DNA from: an uncultured Gemmatimonadaceae bacterium
GTDB lineage: Bacteria; Gemmatimonadota; Gemmatimonadetes; Gemmatimonadales; Gemmatimonadaceae
Direction of reading: 5' to 3'
Assembly: GCA_963781585.1 (NCBI GenBank)
Contig: CAWAGQ010000004.1
Location: 128,001 to 192,000 of the forward strand
Length of the DNA: 64,000 bases
Shown here: positions 57,623 through 64,000 of the stretch, one piece after another
Layout of the letters: each line of letters opens with the position of its first letter
Numbering within the stretch: the stretch's first letter is position 1
Program-made: the position numbers and the translations under genes
Notes under the pieces: generated by a model
Told to the model about the DNA's origin: nothing
Seen by the model: only the letters and a program-made list of their open reading frames with translations
The model's database searches: none

Positions 57623-60600
57623 GTCTTCGCGATCTCCTCGAACGAGAGCGACGCCGGGTCACCTGGCTGTCGGCCGCCGCCGTCGCCACGGTACTGACCG
57701 GCACAGTAGCGGTCCTGGTCGCACTCTCGGCGCTCCTGCTGGCCGGAGCGCGATGGCTGGTGCTTCCGCGGCCGGTGCCGTACTTGCTGTGGCTGGTGAT
57801 TGGCCTGGTGTTGGCAACAGGTGTCCGATTCGCGCGACGTCGTCTGGCGCGCGATGGGTCCGTCGGCGGGGTCGCACGCGCGGTAGAGCACGAGCGCACG
57901 CTGCGCGACGGCGCCCTGCGCGGCGCGCTTGAAGTCGCCGACTCGGGCGCCCTGGGACGTCTCAACGCCGAACGGATGGCTGACCGGCTGTCGTCGCTGA
58001 GCGGCGGCGCGTTGGCACCCCGGATGCGCCAACGGATGCGCCGGCGGGTCATGGCGGGAAGCGCGGCGGCGGTTGCAGGCGCCGTAATGCTCGTGGCCGG
58101 CGCGACGACGGCCACGGATGGCTGGGCAGCGCTGGTCCATCCACTCCGCGCCTGGCGGGGAACGCTCCTCGATGGAGTTCGACTGGACCGGGTGCCGCGG
58201 GCAGTGCTGCGGGGAGAACGCGTGTCGTTCGAAGTGCGTGCGCCCGGACGTCGCGAGGTGTCGGTCGCGTATCGCATCACGGGCGCGTCGTGGCGCGAGT
58301 CGCACTTCCCGGTGCGCGACGGCAGTGCCACGGTGCGACTCGATCCGGTGGATGCCGACGTGGCGCTGTTTGCCACCGACGGCCGCGCCGTGAGCGATAC
58401 CGCCGTGGTGCGTGTCGTGGAACGGCCGTTCGTTGGCGACGTGACCATCCGCGCGCAGTTCCCGGCGTATCTCGACCGGCGTGAAGAGACCATTCCCCTC
58501 GGCGAGCCCGCACGGGTGCCTCAGGGCACCGTGCTGTCGTTCGACGGCCAATCATCCACCGAACTGCGCGACGTGCGACTCGTAAACGGCCGCGACACGG
58601 TTGCGATGCGGGCCGAGACCCGGCACTTCTCCGGTCGCATGTCGGCTGCGGCGAGCGGCAGGTACGAATGGCATGCCGTCGGCGCGGGTGGTCCGATTGC
58701 CGACGTACCGCCGCCGCTCGATCTCGAAGTGCTTCCCGATTCGGCTCCACGCGTGGAGATCCTCGCTCCGTCGGGAGACACGACCGTGATGGCCGGCGAT
58801 ACGGTCACGGTATCTGTCCTGGCAACCGACGACCACGGGATCCACTCGATCGATTTGCGGTCGTGGATCGTCACGGCGCGAGGCGCCGTGCGACCGTGGT
58901 CCGGCCGTTCGGTGGATGTGGCGAATCAGCCCCAATGGGCGGGGGAGACTGCCCTCATTACGTCGGCGCTGACACCCGGCGACGCCATGCACGTGGTGGT
59001 GTCGGCTTTCGACGGCTCGCCGTGGCATCTCAAGGGAGAAAGCCGCGAATTGGTGTTGCGCCTCCCAACACTGAGCGAACAGCGGGAGGCGGCGCGGGCA
59101 GCTGGTGACTCGACAGTGGAGCGCGCGGCCGCCACGGCAGCAGCCGAGAAGCAACTCCAGCAGCGCACCAGCGACGCGTCGCGCCGCCGCGATCGCGAGA
59201 CCAGCAGCGCAACCAACGCGCGCGGGCAGAGCGCGATGAGTTATCAGGCTTCGGAGGAGGCCAAGGCGTACGCCAAGGAGCAGCGCGATCTGACGAATCG
59301 CGTCCAGCAGCTCCAGCGTGCCGCCCAGCAGCTCGAGCAGCAGCTTCGGCAGGCGGGGGCGCTCGACAGCGGTTTGCAGGCCCGGCTGCGGGAAGCGCAG
59401 CAGCTCTTGAACGAAGCCCTGACGCCGGAGTTGGCGGAGCAGCTCAAGAAGCTGGAGCAGGCATCGCAGAAGCTGTCGGCCGAAGACGCGCGGAAGGCAT
59501 TGGCGGACCTGGCGCAGCAGCAGCAGCGGCTCCGGGAACAACTCGAGAAGAGCGTGGAGATGCTGAAACGCGCGGCGCTGGAAGGCAGCATGGCGACGCT
59601 CAAGGATGATGCCAACGACCTGGCAAAGCGCGAACGCCAGCTCGCCGATTCGTTGGCGCGCGCCGACGCGCAGCAGCGGCAGGGAGACGCCCAGAGCGAG
59701 GCGAAGAAGCTCGCCGATCGCTCGCGGGATCTGGCGGACGAAGTGAAGTCACTCCAGCAGCGGCTCCAGCAACAGAATGCCCAGAGCGGCGCCGAGCGGG
59801 CCGCGGAGGCACAGCGCCGGGCGCAGGAATCGGCCCAGGCGCTAGACCGCGCGGCGCAGCAGTCAGCCACCCAGCGGCCCAACGACGTGCCGCAGCGTCC
59901 GCAGCAGAACGGCCAGCAGCAGAGCGGCCAGCAGCAGAATGGCCAGCAGCAGAATGGCCAGCAGCAGAGCGGCCAACAGCAGAGTGGTCAGCAGCAGAGC
60001 GGCAAGCAGCAGAGCGGCCAACAGCAGAGCGGCCAACAGCAGAGCGGCCAGCAGCAGAGCGGCCAGCAGCAGAGCGGCCAACAGCAGAGCGGCCAACAGC
60101 AGAGCGGCCAACAGCAGGGTGCCCAGTCGGGCAATAGCTCGCAGGCCGGGCAGCGCCCCGGACAGCAGAGCGGGGCGGACAAGGGCGGCGACAAGCAGAG
60201 CAGCGAAGGGGCCGCTCGTCAGGCAGCGCAGGCGATGGAGGAGGCTGCCAACCAGCTCGCCAAGGCGCGCGAGCAGCAGGTGAGCGAGTGGAAGCAGGAG
60301 CTGACCACGGAGCTCGACCGTTCGATTCAGGAAATGATCGAGCTGGCGCGCACGCAGGATGCGCTGGAACAGAAGGCGCGCCAAGGCGCGACGCCGCAGG
60401 ATCTGCGCGCCGAGCAGGGGACCCTGCAGCAGGGTGTGGACAAGTCGGCGCAGCGGCTCCAGGACGCGGCGCAGAAATCATCGCTCCTGTCCCAACGTTC
60501 GCTGCGGATGGTGTCGGACGCGCGAAAATCGGTCGAGGAAGCCACACGCCAGACGCAGGCGTCGTCCGACGGCTCGCAGGTCGCGAGCGCCATGCGGGAC

Positions 60601-61212
60601 GCTTCGGAGTCGCTCAATCAGGCGGCGGCGTCGCTCGTGCGCGACCGCGAGCGAGCGCAGAACGCCAATTCCGCGTCGGGATTTGCCGAGATGCTGCAGC
60701 AGCTGCAGCAGATGGCGCAGCAGCAATCGTCGCTGAACTCCTCCGTTCAGGACCTGCTGCCGCGGACCGGGGCGCAACTCGACGCCAAGGGGCAGCAGAT
60801 GTCGCGCCAGCTGGCGCGCGACCAGCGGGAGGTGGCCGCGAAGCTCGACGACGTGGCCGATCAGGATGCGACAGGGCGCGCCGAGGAACTGGCGAAGGAG
60901 GCGCGCCAGATCGCGCAGGCGCTGGAAGCGGCCCAGGTGGACCCGAATGTGGTGGCCCGACAGGAGCGTCTGTTCCGCAAGATGCTCGATGCGGGCCGGC
61001 TGCTCGAGGACGACCAGCGAGAGGACACCGGAAAGCGGGAAGCCAAGGCGTGGACCGGCACGGAAGTTTTCACGCCGCAGACCAGCACGGCGGCGGGTCG
61101 CTCGGCATCGCGATTCCAGCCGCCCACCTGGAACGACCTGCGCGGACTGACTCCGGAGGAGCGCCGGTTGGTCCTGGAGTATTTCAAGAAGATCAATGGC
61201 GAGCGGCCGTAG
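57619..61212 (+). CDS. Large membrane-anchored coiled-coil protein (DUF4175-like) with Gln-rich repeat
   Basis: 3 N-terminal TM segments, beta-rich region (DSAPRV, ATDDHGI), long Q/E/A heptads, C-terminal LVLEYFKKI. Confidence 0.85.
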   Translation: MSLRDLLERERRRVTWLSAAAVATVLTGTVAVLVALSALLLAGARWLVLPRPVPYLLWLVIGLVLATGVRFARRRLARDGSVGGVARAVEHERTLRDGALRGALEVADSGALGRLNAERMADRLSSLSGGALAPRMRQRMRRRVMAGSAAAVAGAVMLVAGATTATDGWAALVHPLRAWRGTLLDGVRLDRVPRAVLRGERVSFEVRAPGRREVSVAYRITGASWRESHFPVRDGSATVRLDPVDADVALFATDGRAVSDTAVVRVVERPFVGDVTIRAQFPAYLDRREETIPLGEPARVPQGTVLSFDGQSSTELRDVRLVNGRDTVAMRAETRHFSGRMSAAASGRYEWHAVGAGGPIADVPPPLDLEVLPDSAPRVEILAPSGDTTVMAGDTVTVSVLATDDHGIHSIDLRSWIVTARGAVRPWSGRSVDVANQPQWAGETALITSALTPGDAMHVVVSAFDGSPWHLKGESRELVLRLPTLSEQREAARAAGDSTVERAAATAAAEKQLQQRTSDASRRRDRETSSATNARGQSAMSYQASEEAKAYAKEQRDLTNRVQQLQRAAQQLEQQLRQAGALDSGLQARLREAQQLLNEALTPELAEQLKKLEQASQKLSAEDARKALADLAQQQQRLREQLEKSVEMLKRAALEGSMATLKDDANDLAKRERQLADSLARADAQQRQGDAQSEAKKLADRSRDLADEVKSLQQRLQQQNAQSGAERAAEAQRRAQESAQALDRAAQQSATQRPNDVPQRPQQNGQQQSGQQQNGQQQNGQQQSGQQQSGQQQSGKQQSGQQQSGQQQSGQQQSGQQQSGQQQSGQQQSGQQQGAQSGNSSQAGQRPGQQSGADKGGDKQSSEGAARQAAQAMEEAANQLAKAREQQVSEWKQELTTELDRSIQEMIELARTQDALEQKARQGATPQDLRAEQGTLQQGVDKSAQRLQDAAQKSSLLSQRSLRMVSDARKSVEEATRQTQASSDGSQVASAMRDASESLNQAAASLVRDRERAQNANSASGFAEMLQQLQQMAQQQSSLNSSVQDLLPRTGAQLDAKGQQMSRQLARDQREVAAKLDDVADQDATGRAEELAKEARQIAQALEAAQVDPNVVARQERLFRKMLDAGRLLEDDQREDTGKREAKAWTGTEVFTPQTSTAAGRSASRFQPPTWNDLRGLTPEERRLVLEYFKKINGERP
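59902..60120 (+). repeat. 15-bp coding tandem repeat (CA[AG]CAGCAGAGCGGC) encoding about 14 QQQ[S/N]G units
   Basis: Directly visible in both DNA and protein. Confidence 0.95.
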
Positions 61213-62896
61213 ATGCACCATCGTGCTGTCGGTGCTGCTCTGGCTGGTGCCGTGCGCCGTCACCGCTCAGGCTGGATCGCTTCCGCAGGCGCTGAACCTG
61301 GAGCAGGCGGGAAAGTGCGGCGACGCGTTCCCGCTTTATCGGCAGGCACTCGGCGAGGGTGATGTCGCCGGGGCCCTGCTCGGCCTCGAACGATGTGCGT
61401 CGGAGCTCGGTCGCGGCGACACCCTGTTGGTGGTGCTGGACAGCGTACTGCGGCTTCGCCCGCGCGATCCGGTGGCGCGCGACGCGCAGCTGCGCACGCT
61501 GACCTCGGCGGAGCGGTTCGACGCGGCGTCGGCGGCGTTCTCGCAATGGACGGCCGCCGCGCCCGGGGATGCCGCGCCTTATCGCCAGTACGCGCACCTG
61601 CTGCTCCAGGCCGGCCGGCCGGCCGCCGCCGATACCGTCCTCACCGCCGCGACCTTGGCGTTAGGCGGCACGCGTGAAATCGCCGCCGAGCTGGCGGAGA
61701 TGCGTGCCACACTCGGGATGTGGGATGCGTCGGCGCGAAGCTGGCGTGAAGCCATGGTGTCGCTGCCGTACCTCGAACAGGCGGCGGTGTACGTCCTGAG
61801 CCAGGCGCCGCCCGCGGCGCGCGACTCGGTGCGCACGGTGCTGCGAGGCCCCCCGGTCGAGATCCACGTGCGTCGAATACTCGCGGGACTCGAGTTGCGC
61901 TGGCGCTCCGCCAGCGAGGCCTGGCGGGCCCTGAGCGTGCTCCCCGCGAGCGATTCCGCGGTCGCCGCGTGGCTCGAGTTCGCCGCCGATGCCTCGCAGC
62001 AGGACGCGTGGCTCGCGGCGCGCGACGCGTACGTGGCGGTGCTCGATCACGGCGCGCCGGGCGACAAACTCGTGGTCAACGCCGCGACGGCCGCACTCCG
62101 GGGCGGTGAGCCCGCCTCCGCGGTGGAGATTCTGGACGCACACCCGACCACCGCCGACTCGTCGGTCGCGACGCGGATGGTGCTGCTGCGCGTGCGTGCG
62201 TTGAGTGACATGGGACGCCCCACCATGGCCGACAGTCTCCTTGGTGCAAACGCCTCCGTGCTCGATTCCGCATCGCGCGACGAAGCGATTCGAGCGGTCG
62301 CATGGGGCTGGATCCGCAGCGGTGACGTGGAGCAGGCCAGGACCACTCTGGCACGCTCCGCCTCGAGTGCCGGTCCCGATGACGAACTGGCCTCGTGGTT
62401 TGCGCTTTACGAGGGCGATCTCAAGACGGCGCGCTCGGGCCTCCGCCATTTCGACGAGACCTCGCGGGACGCGGTGCTCGCCATGGCCCTGTTGACGCGA
62501 ACCCGCGCCGATACGTCCGTGAACGCGGGCCAGGCCTTTCTGGCGCTGGCCCGCGGCGACACGGCGCGAGCCGCCGCCGCATTCGAGGCGACAGCCGCGA
62601 CGCTCACCGATGCCGCCCCATTCATGCTGGGGGTCGCGGCACGGCTGTATCGGAGCACGCCCGATTCACTGCGGAGTCCCGGCATCTGGAAGATGCTCAT
62701 CGAGCAGTACGCGCAGGCACCGGAGGCCGCCGAAGCCGACCTCGAGTGGGCCCGCACGCTCCGCCGCCACGGCGACAATGCTGACGCGGTCACGCGCCTC
62801 GAGCATCTTATACTGACGTATCCGCAAAGCGCCCTCGTCCCGCAGGCCCGGCGCGAGCTGGAGCTCGCGAAGGGCGCCATTCCTCCGCTTCGATGA
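61196..62896 (+). CDS. Exported tetratricopeptide-repeat protein
   Basis: Signal peptide (AVTAQA), Ala-rich helical repeats, C-terminal LILTYPQSAL TPR motif. Confidence 0.8.
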   Translation: MASGRRCTIVLSVLLWLVPCAVTAQAGSLPQALNLEQAGKCGDAFPLYRQALGEGDVAGALLGLERCASELGRGDTLLVVLDSVLRLRPRDPVARDAQLRTLTSAERFDAASAAFSQWTAAAPGDAAPYRQYAHLLLQAGRPAAADTVLTAATLALGGTREIAAELAEMRATLGMWDASARSWREAMVSLPYLEQAAVYVLSQAPPAARDSVRTVLRGPPVEIHVRRILAGLELRWRSASEAWRALSVLPASDSAVAAWLEFAADASQQDAWLAARDAYVAVLDHGAPGDKLVVNAATAALRGGEPASAVEILDAHPTTADSSVATRMVLLRVRALSDMGRPTMADSLLGANASVLDSASRDEAIRAVAWGWIRSGDVEQARTTLARSASSAGPDDELASWFALYEGDLKTARSGLRHFDETSRDAVLAMALLTRTRADTSVNAGQAFLALARGDTARAAAAFEATAATLTDAAPFMLGVAARLYRSTPDSLRSPGIWKMLIEQYAQAPEAAEADLEWARTLRRHGDNADAVTRLEHLILTYPQSALVPQARRELELAKGAIPPLR

Positions 62897-64000
62897 TTCC
62901 TTCATCTGGACGCCAGCTTTCGCCGGTCGCGACACCCCGGCCCCGTCCGCGACGCTCGTCAATCGCCGCGCTCGCGCTCATGCTGGCGGTCGGCCTGCCG
63001 GTGGCCGGGCACGCACAACACTTGCTCGTCCCGATGGACGACTCGCAGACCAACGATCTCAAGGCGTACGGACTGACGTACAATGCCCTGCGCGACGGGA
63101 TCAAGGCGGAGTGGTTTCTGAACTACCGCGGCGGATCGTTTCTCCTTCCCGATCTGCCGGAGCTGCGTCGGCGCGCGTCGCTCGACGGGATCGTCTTCGA
63201 GGCGGTAAACGATGCCGCGCTCGCGTCGATCCGCGCCGAGATCGCCGAAAACAACATGGACGCGATCTCGCTCGAGCGAGCGCCCAGGATCGCCATCTAC
63301 ACGCCGCCGAAGGCGCCGCCGTGGGACGATGCGGTCACCCTCGCGCTCAAGTACGCCGGAATCGAATACACGGCCGTCTGGGACGACGAGGTCATGAACG
63401 GCGACCTGGTGAAGTACGACTGGCTGCATCTGCACCACGAGGACTTCACCGGGCAGTTGAACAAGTTGTATCTGACGTATCGCGATGTGCCGTGGTTCGT
63501 CGAGCAGCGCGACTGGAACCTGGCTGCCGCCAAGCGGCTGGGGTTCGCGAACATTCCGGCGCTGAAGAAGGCGGTGGCCGAGAAGATCCGGCAGTATGTG
63601 GAACGCGGCGGGTTCCTGTTCGCCATGTGCGGCGCCACCGAGACGCTGGCGCTCGCCATCGCGGCCGACAAGACCGACATCGCCGCCGCGTACGCCGATG
63701 GCACACCGATGGACGAGAACGCCGACGCCATGCTCGACTGGGACCGCTCGTTCGCGTTCCAGAATGTGCATCTGGAGCAGTCGGCCTTCGTGAACTCGAT
63801 GAGCGACATCGACGGCCATCAGGTGAACGTACCTGGCCGCCGCCAGGCGCTTGGCCAATTCACGCTGTTTTCGTTCTCGGCCAAATTCGACCCCGTGCCG
63901 AGCATGCTGGTGCAGGATCATCGCACGGTGATCCCCGACTTCTACGGCGTAACAACCAGCTTCACCAAGGCGACTCTCAAGCCCGGCGTTACGGTTCTCG
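62893..64000 (+). CDS. Exported conserved protein of the family often labelled 'asparagine synthetase B' in FCB bacteria (partial)
   Basis: Not in the ORF track because it is open to the window end. Signal peptide, then LLVPMDDSQTNDLKAYG, WFLNYRGGSF, PWDDAVTLAL, YDWLHLHHEDFTGQ, GGFLFAMC. Confidence 0.75.
   Translation, partial: MIPSSGRQLSPVATPRPRPRRSSIAALALMLAVGLPVAGHAQHLLVPMDDSQTNDLKAYGLTYNALRDGIKAEWFLNYRGGSFLLPDLPELRRRASLDGIVFEAVNDAALASIRAEIAENNMDAISLERAPRIAIYTPPKAPPWDDAVTLALKYAGIEYTAVWDDEVMNGDLVKYDWLHLHHEDFTGQLNKLYLTYRDVPWFVEQRDWNLAAAKRLGFANIPALKKAVAEKIRQYVERGGFLFAMCGATETLALAIAADKTDIAAAYADGTPMDENADAMLDWDRSFAFQNVHLEQSAFVNSMSDIDGHQVNVPGRRQALGQFTLFSFSAKFDPVPSMLVQDHRTVIPDFYGVTTSFTKATLKPGVTVL

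Overview
High-GC, densely coding bacterial chromosome segment made up mostly of housekeeping genes. Gene content and the conserved hypothetical genes suggest Gemmatimonadota (inference only). It carries about 58 CDS and one tRNA-Gln(UUG). Translation genes: rpmE-prfA-prmC, prs-rplY-pth, rpsF-rpsR-DUF2232-rplI, rsfS, rimO, rsmI. Metabolic and information-processing genes: smc, tmk, aroF, ispE, pdxJ, a sigma-70 factor, an NtrC-family regulator and Crp. Envelope genes: lepB, lolA, an S41 protease, SpoIID, a SPOR protein, an Omp85 fusion and a DUF4105/Lnb-like protein. Also present: a multicopper oxidase plus cytochrome c pair, hydantoinase/oxoprolinase A+B, and the start of a DUF4159 / coiled-coil / TPR operon. 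I found no CRISPR array, transposase, integrase, phage gene, rRNA or unambiguous new multi-gene system. The best leads are small-scale: (1) prfA apparently starts at a CTG overlapping the rpmE UGA stop; (2) a multi-HPt protein has Arg in place of each phospho-His; (3) a possible pseudoknotted RNA and a CRP box lie upstream of crp; (4) several genes have a leaderless-type -10 box directly before the start codon; (5) a poly-G frameshift splits the SpoIID gene; (6) a serine hydrolase appears internally deleted; (7) LarE has a duplicated C-terminal domain; (8) there are intergenic 7-bp and about 31-bp repeat arrays. All family assignments are from motif recognition by eye, without database searches.
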